Source: Octopus bimaculoides (taxonomy: Eukaryota). From it: 64,000 nt of DNA. This document shows, one piece after another, positions 1-11,700 of this stretch (the stretch's first letter is position 1; each line of letters starts with the position of its first letter). The stretch covers positions 156,776,935 through 156,840,934 of the forward strand of contig NC_068981.1 in assembly GCF_001194135.2 (NCBI RefSeq), in the 5' to 3' direction. Both the position numbers and the translations under genes were made by a program. The notes under the pieces are model-generated. The model did no database searches and was not told the origin of the DNA. It saw only the letters and a program-made list of their open reading frames with translations.

Positions 1-49
1 GTCAAAATTGGTAACACAAACAGGACAGTGAACGTCATCTTAAACATAA

Positions 50-235
50 TATTCTGAAAGGCGATGCTACCATGAAGATAAGAACCATGACGCAAGTGGT
101 ATATCAGGCATGCCAAGATACTTTTGGTGTGAAGGAAAGCAAAAGTAACAAGCAGAACGACCCTAGTCAGATGGCAGGATTGAGGAAAGAGCTAAGGCAG
201 CTGTAGAAGTGGATAACGAAGCAAAGTGGCTTTAA
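50..235 (+). mobile_element. Possible decayed RLE-type non-LTR retrotransposon fragment (pre-RT region)
   Basis: Reads ILKGDATMKIRTMTQVVYQACQDTFGVKESK..GLRKELRQL*KW, which resembles the pre-RT linker of R2/NeSL/HERO-like elements. Short and degenerate. Confidence 0.3.
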
Positions 236-370
236 ACCAACTAACAATGAAGTTACGAAGAAACGTGCTCCGACGTCCCAGAAAAAAATGTAATAACTTA
301 TCAAACACTTATCTTAAGCAAAAGGCAACCACACAACCTAAAGAAACTATTAACAAAGTCAAAATTCAAC

Positions 371-612
371 ATGAGCAAACAGGATAAAACATTCACAGTA
401 TCCAAGTGTAATGATAATAGATGTGGAACGTGTCAATACATGCACACTGGTAGATCCATTAGAACAAAAAAATGAAGATTTTCGCAAATGCAAATATGAA
501 CTGCAAAAATAGAAATTTGATCTATTGCTTTAAATGCCCGAATTGCGAGGAACTACATACGGGCGAGACAAGGAATGCAGTATCAGAACACTCACGAGTC
601 CACAGACACCAT
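371..612 (+). mobile_element. Penelope-like element GIY-YIG endonuclease remnant
   Basis: FTVSKCNDNRCGTCQYM, then after a frameshift NMNCKNRNLIYCFKCPNCEELHTGETRNAVSEHSRVHR. This is the Cys-rich linker plus NLIY..C..C...(Y)IGET pattern of PLE GIY-YIG domains. Confidence 0.75.
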
Positions 613-889
613 ATATATATGTATATATATACATGTATTCAATAATAGGATAAAATCTTTTACAAGAATTTATCAAGTAGCTAGCGTGAAAAAAACCTCA
701 TAAGGGGAAAAAAACACCATCATTTATTCCCTAGGATATATTTATTTATATTTATATAAGGGCATTACTATAGAATAATGCCTCACGCTATGAGGGACTG
801 CTAAGGTCAAACTACCATAATAAACACATTTTTACCGAACGCGAGGAAATGCAACTCTCAAAAGTTTGCCTCTTAAAAACAGACTGAAT

Positions 890-952
890 TATATATCGAA
901 CGATTTCGAGGTTATTATAACAATATATAACTTCTGCTCGTCAGTATAGTAT
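890..952 (-). ncRNA. Degenerate hammerhead-like motif in a probable inverted PLE terminal repeat
   Basis: The minus strand reads CTGACGA (944-938), an AT-rich hairpin, then GAAA (907-904) TCGTTC. It lies 300 bp from the GIY-YIG remnant. Stem I pairing is poor. Confidence 0.35.
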
Positions 953-1099
953 GGTCAAGATACATAAAAATAAACAAAAGATTCAACATACCGAAACTAA
1001 CACCTCATGTATCCGGCATAATACATAGAAGATTGTTCATCTCAAGCCTCTTGATACGATCCTCTGGCATCAGTTTGCTAACTGACATCGTCAAGTGTA

Positions 1100-2054
1100 A
1101 TTGTACTGCCACGTGGTGCGTTTTTGTTTTGCAGTACTTCCCTCATGCTCGTCGATTTTTGTGATGGCTAAAACGAAGGAACAGCGTACTTTCGTGAAAT
1201 AGTGTTTTCTGTTTTCTTCAGACAGCTTACAAGGACGCTGCCATGAGCAAAACAGAAGTTTACGAGTGGTTTTCATGCTTTAGGGATGGTCACCTGAAGA
1301 CCAACCTCGTTCAGGGCGACCGTCGACCTCGCGAACCAATGAAAACATCACGGAAATTCATGAACTTGGAGGACCGTCGTCGAACAAGTGACGAACTTGA
1401 TGATATGACTGGTGCATTCTGGAGTCCTGCCAACGAATTTTGAGCAAGAAATTGCGAATGAAAAGAGTCGCAGTAAAATTTGTGCCTCACTTACTCACGG
1501 CAGATCAAAAGCAGTCATGACTGAATGCTTGTTGTGAACTGAAAGAACAGCTGGAAGTTGATCTGGACCTTTTTCTGAAGGCCAGCACTGGTGACGAAAA
1601 CTGGTGCTACGGCTACGACCCAGAAACGAAGCAGCAATCATGTCAGCGGAAGCATTCAATGTCACCACGCCACCCCAAAACGCGTCAAGTAAAGTCCAAT
1701 GTCAAAACGATGCTCATTTGCTTCATCGATGCGAGAGGAATTGTCCACACATAATTTGTTCTTCCTGGTCAAACTGCTAACCAGACATATCTTACTAAGC
1801 AGTTTCGAAGCGTTTACGAGACGCGATGAGACGAAAACATCCCGGCCTGTGGCAAAGTGAAGAGTGATGGTTTCATTAAGACAATGCGCCTGCGCACACC
1901 GACTTGAGTGTGAGACAGCTTTTGCCAAAAATGGCATGGTCCAGTTTACCTACCTTCCCCTATTCGCCAAATCTTGCTCCCTGCGACTTTTTTCTGTTCT
2001 CCGAATAGAAAAAGTATTTAAGTAAAACATTTTGCTGATGTGGTGAAGGTGAAA
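1100..2054 (+). mobile_element. Mariner transposase pseudogene, truncated by the assembly gap
   Basis: Frameshifted motifs MSKTEVYEWFSCFRDG, KFVPHLLT, TGDENWCYGYDPETKQQS, HxDNAPAH and YSPNLAPCDFFLF. Confidence 0.9.
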
Positions 2055-2896
2055 NNNNNNNNNNNNNNNNNNNNNNNNNNNNNNNNNNNNNNNNNNNNNN
2101 NNNNNNNNNNNNNNNNNNNNNNNNNNNNNNNNNNNNNNNNNNNNNNNNNNNNNNNNNNNNNNNNNNNNNNNNNNNNNNNNNNNNNNNNNNNNNNNNNNNN
2201 NNNNNNNNNNNNNNNNNNNNNNNNNNNNNNNNNNNNNNNNNNNNNNNNNNNNNNNNNNNNNNNNNNNNNNNNNNNNNNNNNNNNNNNNNNNNNNNNNNNN
2301 NNNNNNNNNNNNNNNNNNNNNNNNNNNNNNNNNNNNNNNNNNNNNNNNNNNNNNNNNNNNNNNNNNNNNNNNNNNNNNNNNNNNNNNNNNNNNNNNNNNN
2401 NNNNNNNNNNNNNNNNNNNNNNNNNNNNNNNNNNNNNNNNNNNNNNNNNNNNNNNNNNNNNNNNNNNNNNNNNNNNNNNNNNNNNNNNNNNNNNNNNNNN
2501 NNNNNNNNNNNNNNNNNNNNNNNNNNNNNNNNNNNNNNNNNNNNNNNNNNNNNNNNNNNNNNNNNNNNNNNNNNNNNNNNNNNNNNNNNNNNNNNNNNNN
2601 NNNNNNNNNNNNNNNNNNNNNNNNNNNNNNNNNNNNNNNNNNNNNNNNNNNNNNNNNNNNNNNNNNNNNNNNNNNNNNNNNNNNNNNNNNNNNNNNNNNN
2701 NNNNNNNNNNNNNNNNNNNNNNNNNNNNNNNNNNNNNNNNNNNNNNNNNNNNNNNNNNNNNNNNNNNNNNNNNNNNNNNNNNNNNNNNNNNNNNNNNNNN
2801 NNNNNNNNNNNNNNNNNNNNNNNNNNNNNNNNNNNNNNNNNNNNNNNNNNNNNNNNNNNNNNNNNNNNNNNNNNNNNNNNNNNNNNNNNNNNNNNN
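2055..2896. other. Assembly gap (N run); others at 7747-7756, 8281-8970, 10263-11106, 20944-21241, 50822-51657, 54472-54548 and 56065-56615
   Basis: Runs of N, most bordered on at least one side by a microsatellite. Confidence 0.99.
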
Positions 2897-2956
2897 ATAT
2901 ATATATATATATATATATAGGGAGAGAGAGAGAGAGAGAGAGAGAGAAACATATAT

Positions 2957-3855
2957 ATACATGAGGGGACTAAAAAAATATCCGCATTTTCACCAAAACT
3001 TTCTTTAGATTAGCCGCGCTGCTTTCGGCGCTCGCGTGCAGTGTTAAAAGATGGGACTTTCGTGGCTACACAACCGAAGATTTTATCTTGTTACAGAGAG
3101 ACATAGCCTCTCCGTTGGCAGTGTACCCTAAGGAAAAACAGGGATCAATGATTTGATTTCTCTGGTCTGAATGTATGTCAGGGGGTGAAATCTATCGCAG
3201 GTTTTCAGTACAATACCGTGATAGCTCTCTATCATGTAGAAGTGCGTATGAGTGGATCGAGAACGCCGACCAAGCGTAAAGCACGAAGAGGGAGTAGGAC
3301 GGCCATCAACCTCCACCGCACATGTGAAGGTTCAGCAAGCTCGGGAGATGGTTCTAGCGAGCCGACGAGTGGTCATCGATAAGGCGGCATGTTCTCTGCA
3401 AATTAGTCATGGTTTTGCTTATGAAATCATCAACGACAAGCTTTGCTTCTGTAAAATCTGTGCGAGATGGCTGCCAAGACAGCTTACCGAAGAGTTTGAG
3501 CGCAATGGTGTGGAGATTTGTCAACGCTTACTCAACCGCTACAGCGATGAAGGCGAAGCTTTCGTGGAGAGAATAATCAAAGGAGTTGCGACCTGAGTTC
3601 ATCAGCAGAACCCAAAAAGCAAAGTATGGAGTGGAAACACCTGGAATCGCCTGCGAAAAAGGAATTCAAGATTCAACCTTTCCGAGAAAAAATTGATGCA
3701 AAAGTACTTATACTTGAACATTACCTGATAAAGGGGTCTACAGTTACCAATGTAGGCTACATTGAAATTCTGACCAGCAAAGCGAAACAAGCAATTTGCA
3801 GCAAACGGCGAGGTTCATTACCAAACCAAGTGTTATTGTTGCACGATACTAAACA

Positions 3856-3860
<5 letters not shown>
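2957..3860 (+). mobile_element. Mariner transposase pseudogene (second family), 3' part replaced by (CA)n and a SINE
   Basis: KLCFCKICARWLPRQLT, EAFVERIIKG, MEWKHLESPAKKEFK and VLLLHD. Homologous by eye to 19660-20700. Confidence 0.85.
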
Positions 3861-3917
<57 letters not shown>

Positions 3918-3936
3918 CATACATATATTTATACAT

Positions 3937-4082
3937 GATGGCTTCTTTCAGTTTCCGTCTACCAAATACGTTGACAAGGCTTTGGTCAACCCCGGGTTTT
4001 ATAGAAGACAATTGCGTAACGTGCCACGCAGTGGTACAGAACTTGAACCATATGACTGGGTAACAAACATTTTACCACTCAG
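3937..4082 (-). mobile_element. SINE family B head next to (CA)n
   Basis: GCTTCTTTCAGTTTCCGTCTACCAAAT..; similar heads occur at 9079-9232 (-), 17540-17690 (-), 18570-18720 (-) and 55790-55950 (+). Confidence 0.8.
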
Positions 4083-4705
4083 TGGTGAAAGGTCATGTCA
4101 TGTAAAATTCTACACCTTTCACAGATCATTTTCAACTTGGTTATTACACGTATCAGGAAATTAGTATTTGACCTCATATATTTTATTGTAATGAAACTAA
4201 ATTATGTCCAGAAAATTGCTGCTTCAGTTACTGCTGCGATTATTTATATATATATATATATATATATCCTCTTCGACAACTTGAGTCTATCATTGTTATT
4301 TTCTATGCAGTACGAAGTTTTGATACCACTTTAAAGCGATATAGCTTACATTATTTTCCTAAGCATATAAAAATTTAAAATAATCTCCCCGTCTTCATAT
4401 TTTCTTCATATGAAAATCTCAGGTATTCGTTCTTTCATACAGTTAAAATTTTTTCCGTGTGCGCATCACACATATACCAATATATTGCTTCATATCAAAC
4501 ATATTTGGTCTTAAGCCACCATAGCCAGTTATTGAAAGGTAGTTGGCAATCTGATTTAGAAAATGTACAATATGAATAAACAATAAACATTATAAAAGAG
4601 ACAAAAAATACAACTTTAATCTTTTTAGTAAAAGATGACGTCAGAGAAAGAACAAGGAGATAAAATATAAGGCGAAGTGTCTATGTATATGTCTTCGTGT
4701 GCATG

Positions 4706-4738
<33 letters not shown>

Positions 4739-4824
4739 TTGTGTGTGTGTGTATGTGTGTGTGTGTGTGTGTTTATGTGTGTGTGTGTGTGTGTGTTTGT
4801 GTGTGTGTGTGCATTACGTGTAGC

Positions 4825-4830
4825 TTTATT
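4825..4830 (-). promoter_or_regulatory. Candidate polyadenylation signal AATAAA
   Basis: Plus-strand TTTATT 40 nt past the FReD stop codon, just before a (GT)n tract. Hexamer match only. Confidence 0.35.
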
Positions 4831-4869
4831 TAAACAGCATTCAATTTAGATATCCTATAAAGAATGTAA

Positions 4870-5501
4870 TTAATGATCTAAGGGTCTTATTTTCATTTCA
4901 GTTGCTTTTAGCTGTTCGTATTTCCAACTGTTCCAGGCTATGCCACGGAATTTGGCATATGATTTACGATGATATAATCCGTTAAGCATGGCCCGCCAAC
5001 AATTTGTAAACCACCATCCGCCGTCCCATTGTGATGCACAATTGACACGCGCGTGTTTATCATTATCTCTGTCCATTGTGCTGAAAAAGGCATAATTGTG
5101 CAAGTAGAAGCTGTTACGTGCAGTTCCGCTGAATGACGATACGTGCAATCTATATTTGTCTCGCTCTCCTTCGATTTTAAAACTTTGATACGTCGCATAG
5201 GCACGGTTTCCGCTGAAATCCCATAAATCAATTCGCAGTTCGTATGCTTTCTGATTGCTGAGAAGAAAAATGTTTTGGTTTCCTAACCAGAACTCGTTAC
5301 TAACATCACCAAAACCAGTTTTATAATCCAACCATTTGCGATTGAAATTTTCAGTGCCATCCGCTCGACGCTGGAATAACAACCACCCACCACCATCAGT
5401 ATCCATATCACACCAGACAGCCAAACTGCAAGTTAGGCCATCTGGTTGTATTTTATAAACTCCTGATGCTTTGTGGCCGGCTTTATAAATAGCTGAGCAA
5501 T
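4870..5501 (-). CDS. Terminal coding exon encoding a complete fibrinogen-related C-terminal domain (FReD)
   Basis: Acceptor TTTCTTTTATTTATTTCAG|AT (plus strand 5502-5520). The open frame reads (D)CSAIYKAGHKASGVYKIQPDG..VWCDMDTDGGGWLLFQRR..GFGD..EFWLGN..FSTMDRDND..NC..GGWWFTNC..LNG..EMKIRP, with a stop at 4870-4872. The exon starts with 2 nt, matching the phase-1 donor at 47828. Confidence 0.95.
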
Positions 5502-6147
5502 CTGAAATAAATAAAAGAAATAATCAAAATTAATCTTTCATGTTTTCATGAGACAATGCTATTGTATAAATATTTCACTTGTGTAACTAACTATTAAGTA
5601 TAGATTGTTTGCTAGATAAATCACTGGGTACAGGACTTCAGATATTTTATGTATAAATACTTATGGAGATCTCCATTTTGCTTATTGTAAGCCATGTGTG
5701 GATTTGATCTCTGCACATCAAGTTAACAAAACAGACAACTCTGTAGTCAATGAAGAAGTCTCAGCTTCAACACTCTATAGACTAGAAATTAGCGGTTAAA
5801 TCTTTCTCAAATCAATCTTTGATATACAAAACAAAACAAAAAAAAAACGAAATTGTCATGGATGGAACACCTTTCATCATAGGTCTACTCGATCAGGGCT
5901 AACCTGTTCTAAACAAAAATGTCTCAACCCATAGGTAGCCTACAAGTGAACCCTTATACAAGCACTCAATTTCCTACAAATAACAGGCAAAATATCGTTC
6001 ATATCCCACTCTACCATCTTGGCAAAAGGAAACAGTGAATAATGTAATCCTACATCCAGTATGTCGTACAAAAAGATGGTGTGTTTACAGTTTGAACACC
6101 TATTATCATAGGTTTTGTCAATCAGAGATAACTTGATGTTAAATAAC

Positions 6148-6493
6148 GGTTTCAAATTTTGGCACACGGGAAACAATTTTGCGGGGTGGGTACGTCTATT
6201 ACATCGACCGTAGCTCTAAACTAGTACCTATTTTATTGACCCGAAAAGATGAAAGGCAAGTCGACTTCGGAAGAATTTGAACTCAGAACGTGAAGCTGTA
6301 AGAAATGCCGCTAAGAAATACCGTTCGGTGGGCTAAGGATTCTGCCAGCTCGCCGCTGGGAAATAGCGTCGAAGTCCACTTTGCCTTTCATCCTTTTAGA
6401 GTCAATAAATAATTACCAGTTGAGCAATTGGGTTGATGTAGTCGACTTATACCTTCTCCCGAGATTGCTGGCCTTGTATCAAAAATTTGAAAC
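6148..6493. mobile_element. Two family A SINE copies, head to head (6148-6355 minus; 6366-6493 plus, 5'-truncated)
   Basis: Both match the 59252 copy. Confidence 0.75.
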
Positions 6494-6569
6494 CAATATT
6501 AATATTATTTTGCCTAAGTTCCATAGAATCTCAAACCCATATCATAAGATCAATAAATTAACACGTTAT

Positions 6570-7490
6570 TTCCCTTGGCTTCTGCACTGGCGTTGCTTGA
6601 AAGGTAGTAAAACTCTTCACAATATATTCAAACTTCCAGTTTCTTTGAGTGAAACATGTGTGTGCAATGTTCCACCAAATTCTGATCAAGGAAACACTCT
6701 TAGGCGAGTAAAAGTCTTCATTATTGACGAAGCTTCAATGACATCAGTTTGTTTTGAAAGCTATAGACAATTGTTTTAGAGATATTATGAATAGTAATAG
6801 AATATTTGGTGGGAAAATTATCGTACTGGGAGGAGATTTTAGATAAGTTCTTCCAGTTGTTCCCAGAGCTCCTCCTGCAGCTGTACTTGATGCCTGCCTC
6901 AAACGGTCTTCTATGTGGGATAATTTTCATCAAATGCAACTTACGCAAAATATGAGAACAAATGCAAATAAGCAAGAATTTTCGAGGTGGCTACTACAAC
7001 TTGGAAGTGGATTTCTTCAAAGCTCTCTTGATAATCTCGCAAAAGATACTATTGATATTCCTGAGGCATGCATATGTAAAAATTCTTCGGTATCTGATAT
7101 ATTTGACAATTGTACAGCAGAAGAAATGAAAAATAGAGATTTTTTATATCCTAAAAATAAGGACTGCTTAGTAGTAAATGAAGAAATTCTAAGTAGACTT
7201 CCCACTGAGACTAAGACATATTTAAGCACTGACTGATAAAGAAGAAGCCCAGAATTATCCCTTGGACTTTATAAACTCTCTTACACCTTATTATGCTTCT
7301 TAGGAACCTCTCTATAACACAAGGTCAATACAACGGAACTCGCATCGAAGCATCAATTATAAGTAGATCTCATTCTCACAGGAGAGAACTGATTCCAAGA
7401 ATCAAACTTATTCCAAGCGATGCAAACATTTCATTCGTTCTGCCTCGGACCCAGTTCCCGGTTCGTCTGTCCTATTCTATGCATTAGAAG
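6570..7490 (+). mobile_element. Helitron PIF1-like helicase remnant
   Basis: TLHNIFKLP, VFIIDEASM, FGGKIIVLGGDFR*VLPVV, LTQNMR, FSRWLLQLGSG, MLLRNL..NGTR and IPRIKLIPSD..QFPVRLSYSM, with frameshifts and stops. Confidence 0.9.
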
Positions 7491-7754
7491 AGTGTATCCT
7501 TCTTTTTAATGAAATGGTATTGAGAAATGGAAGCCAATAAGTTGAGAAGTTTTCTTGAGTTGTGAGTTTAATCTGTTTGGCTCTTATACCGCATAGCTGT
7601 TGTACGAAAGTTTGACCAATGTAATTAAGAATATTATGGTTTGATGGATTAGACGTGAATGGAAAACTTGAGAAAGCTTATAAAAATTAGATTACGAATA
7701 TATTTGCATAGACATGGACTTTTTATGTGTGTGTGTGTGTGTGTGTNNNNNNNN

Positions 7755-8280
7755 NNTGTCTGTGTCTGTGTCTGTGTTTGTCCCCCCACCATCGCTTGAC
7801 AACCGATGATGGTATGTTAACGTCCCTGTAAATTAGAATAAGTACTAAGCTTTCAAAGAAAGAGTCCTGGGGTCGATTTCTTCGACTAAAGGCTGTGCAC
7901 TAGCATGGGAGCAGTCAAATGACTGAAACAAATAAAAGAAAATAATAAAAGAATGTATACAACAGGCTTTCTTTCAGTATCCTTGTATCTATGTTTGTCT
8001 CCACCACCGCTTGACAACCGGTGGTGGTGTGTTTACATCCCAGTAACTTAGCTGTTCGGCAAAAGAAACCGACAAAATATCAGGGTAAAAAAATCCTGGG
8101 GTTGATTCGTTCGACTAAAAATTATATATATATATGTTACCTTTTGTTTCCATCATTAGACTACGACTGTGCTGGGGTACCGCCTTGAAGAATTTTTAGT
8201 CGAACGAATCAACCCCAGGATTTTTTTACCCTGATATTTTGTCGGTTTCTTTTGCCGAACAGCTAAGTTACTGGGATGTA
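7755..8280. mobile_element. Cluster of SINE family B tails (two plus, one minus)
   Basis: Tails at ~7775-7940 (+), 7990-8123 (+) and 8135-8280 (-). Confidence 0.75.
8034..8280. repeat. Perfect 90-bp inverted repeat (8034-8123 / 8191-8280)
   Basis: The arms are identical base for base, with a 67-bp spacer. The right arm ends exactly at the gap. Confidence 0.9.
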
Positions 8281-9044
8281 NNNNNNNNNNNNNNNNNNNN
8301 NNNNNNNNNNNNNNNNNNNNNNNNNNNNNNNNNNNNNNNNNNNNNNNNNNNNNNNNNNNNNNNNNNNNNNNNNNNNNNNNNNNNNNNNNNNNNNNNNNNN
8401 NNNNNNNNNNNNNNNNNNNNNNNNNNNNNNNNNNNNNNNNNNNNNNNNNNNNNNNNNNNNNNNNNNNNNNNNNNNNNNNNNNNNNNNNNNNNNNNNNNNN
8501 NNNNNNNNNNNNNNNNNNNNNNNNNNNNNNNNNNNNNNNNNNNNNNNNNNNNNNNNNNNNNNNNNNNNNNNNNNNNNNNNNNNNNNNNNNNNNNNNNNNN
8601 NNNNNNNNNNNNNNNNNNNNNNNNNNNNNNNNNNNNNNNNNNNNNNNNNNNNNNNNNNNNNNNNNNNNNNNNNNNNNNNNNNNNNNNNNNNNNNNNNNNN
8701 NNNNNNNNNNNNNNNNNNNNNNNNNNNNNNNNNNNNNNNNNNNNNNNNNNNNNNNNNNNNNNNNNNNNNNNNNNNNNNNNNNNNNNNNNNNNNNNNNNNN
8801 NNNNNNNNNNNNNNNNNNNNNNNNNNNNNNNNNNNNNNNNNNNNNNNNNNNNNNNNNNNNNNNNNNNNNNNNNNNNNNNNNNNNNNNNNNNNNNNNNNNN
8901 NNNNNNNNNNNNNNNNNNNNNNNNNNNNNNNNNNNNNNNNNNNNNNNNNNNNNNNNNNNNNNNNNNNNNNTGAGGGTAGGTGGGGTATGTGGGTAGGTAG
9001 AGGTGGATTATGTGGGAGAGGGTGTAGGGGTGGGGTGTAAGGGA

Positions 9045-9080
<36 letters not shown>

Positions 9081-9979
9081 GACGGGCTTCTTTCAGTTTC
9101 CATTTGCCAAATCCACTCACAAGAACTAGGTCATCCCGGGACTATAGCAGAAGACACTTGTTCAAGTTGCCACTTGGGGAGACTGAACCCGAAATCAAGT
9201 GGTTGGAAAGCAAGCTAACTAACATACACTCGCATCTACATAGAAATAATTTTAAGAGTTAACATGAGTTACAGCTTAGATTATATTTCGTAAATTTGAA
9301 TCTATAAGAGCCTCGGCAATCCTGAACACTGATAGCGCTGGTAGTGTTACAGATGATGACAACAATGATGCCGATGATGCCAATGATGAGACAACGTTGA
9401 CATCTACATTCTAGTAACAAATAAATACCAACAAATATGGTATAGTTTTCTCAGATAATGTATATAAAAGTGCCGAGGGAAGCTGGAAAGAATGGCAAAA
9501 GCTGACTTTGCAGGTTAGCGAAGTTATGTAGATGGCAACGGAAATTATTTGAACTCTGTCTGCTGCCTTATCTTGACTTGGCCTGGATTTAATGTCGAGA
9601 CATAAAATAAACTTAAACTAGTTGACATAGCAGAACGTCTGGTTTGGGAATAACGCTTGCAGCCGGTTTGTTACTCACACTCTCACGCTTCCCTCTACTG
9701 TTATTTGCTGTTGTCGTTTTGTTTTGTGTCTGTTTTTTCCTTTTAATTCCTGCTTCCATCATACCAACAAGTTTAACGACGAGAGCATTAGCAGCCACGA
9801 TATGACAGGCGATGAAATGAAAGAGAAAGGTAGAGAAAGACAAGAAACGGAGTATGATAGACAAGGAAAGTGTGGGATGGAAAAGGAGCAATTACAGTGA
9901 AAAAAGGAAGGAAAGGATAGGATATAAGGTCAAAAGAGTAACGAAAAATTAATGGAAGACAGACGCATGCAGATGAGGG

Positions 9980-9980
<1 letters not shown>

Positions 9981-10019
<39 letters not shown>

Positions 10020-10034
10020 TAGATAGATAGACAG

Positions 10035-10109
<75 letters not shown>
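9981..10109. repeat. (AGAC)n(AGAT)n microsatellite
   Basis: Seen directly. Confidence 0.95.
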
Positions 10110-11159
10110 TTGGACGAAGGTAGAAATAAAAGTATAAACTTAATCACAGATACACACAACACACATAAACACATAGACAGCCTGGTGCACATATTCACAA
10201 ACATATGTACATACATGTCCATATGTATATGCATATCTATCTATCTATCTGTCTGTATATATNNNNNNNNNNNNNNNNNNNNNNNNNNNNNNNNNNNNNN
10301 NNNNNNNNNNNNNNNNNNNNNNNNNNNNNNNNNNNNNNNNNNNNNNNNNNNNNNNNNNNNNNNNNNNNNNNNNNNNNNNNNNNNNNNNNNNNNNNNNNNN
10401 NNNNNNNNNNNNNNNNNNNNNNNNNNNNNNNNNNNNNNNNNNNNNNNNNNNNNNNNNNNNNNNNNNNNNNNNNNNNNNNNNNNNNNNNNNNNNNNNNNNN
10501 NNNNNNNNNNNNNNNNNNNNNNNNNNNNNNNNNNNNNNNNNNNNNNNNNNNNNNNNNNNNNNNNNNNNNNNNNNNNNNNNNNNNNNNNNNNNNNNNNNNN
10601 NNNNNNNNNNNNNNNNNNNNNNNNNNNNNNNNNNNNNNNNNNNNNNNNNNNNNNNNNNNNNNNNNNNNNNNNNNNNNNNNNNNNNNNNNNNNNNNNNNNN
10701 NNNNNNNNNNNNNNNNNNNNNNNNNNNNNNNNNNNNNNNNNNNNNNNNNNNNNNNNNNNNNNNNNNNNNNNNNNNNNNNNNNNNNNNNNNNNNNNNNNNN
10801 NNNNNNNNNNNNNNNNNNNNNNNNNNNNNNNNNNNNNNNNNNNNNNNNNNNNNNNNNNNNNNNNNNNNNNNNNNNNNNNNNNNNNNNNNNNNNNNNNNNN
10901 NNNNNNNNNNNNNNNNNNNNNNNNNNNNNNNNNNNNNNNNNNNNNNNNNNNNNNNNNNNNNNNNNNNNNNNNNNNNNNNNNNNNNNNNNNNNNNNNNNNN
11001 NNNNNNNNNNNNNNNNNNNNNNNNNNNNNNNNNNNNNNNNNNNNNNNNNNNNNNNNNNNNNNNNNNNNNNNNNNNNNNNNNNNNNNNNNNNNNNNNNNNN
11101 NNNNNNCACACACACACACACACACACATTCACACACGCACGCACGCAAGCACGCACAT

Positions 11160-11700
11160 ATTTGTGAAAGTTTTTGTGACAAGAAGCTTGCTTGCCAATC
11201 TTTTTGCTAATACCTTGGCTGAAAATTCCTTATTCCTGAGCAGTGTTACTACACCCCTGCTAACAGCACTAGAAATTCTTCCGTTCTGCTGCCAGTTACG
11301 GCAAACGTCTGCCAAAAGGCCGCCAAGCAAATCCGGCATGAACATATAGAATCCATAGGACAGACCACCCAAACTGGGCGTGTTGCGACTTGGGCAATCG
11401 TGCATCGTCTCCCGTATTTCAGGAACAGTTATCGGCTTTTCGCAGAACCTCGCGTTCGCTGCGGCAGGCCGTCTAGATACAAACTAAAATCTGCTACTGT
11501 CGTTGACCCACTGCTCTCCCCACACAGCCGAGCGAAGTACTGTTGGAAAGTTGCACACATCTGCTGGTAATCGTGACCTTGTTGCTGCATCGAGTCTCCA
11601 CTGCTCGGGCCCATCGGATGGTTTTAGTTCCTTCGTGTCAGAGTGCAGAGGTCTTATCTCTGACAACGCAGCCTTCTTGTTTCGTCTCAAAGAAATGGTC
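11160..11700 (-). mobile_element. L1/Tx1-like LINE ORF2 fragment (start of RT)
   Basis: TPSLGGLSYGFY..MPDLLGGLLADV..WQQNGRI..VSRGVVTLLR..AKVLAKRLA follows the SPGxDG..FY to KILAKRL pattern. Confidence 0.7.
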
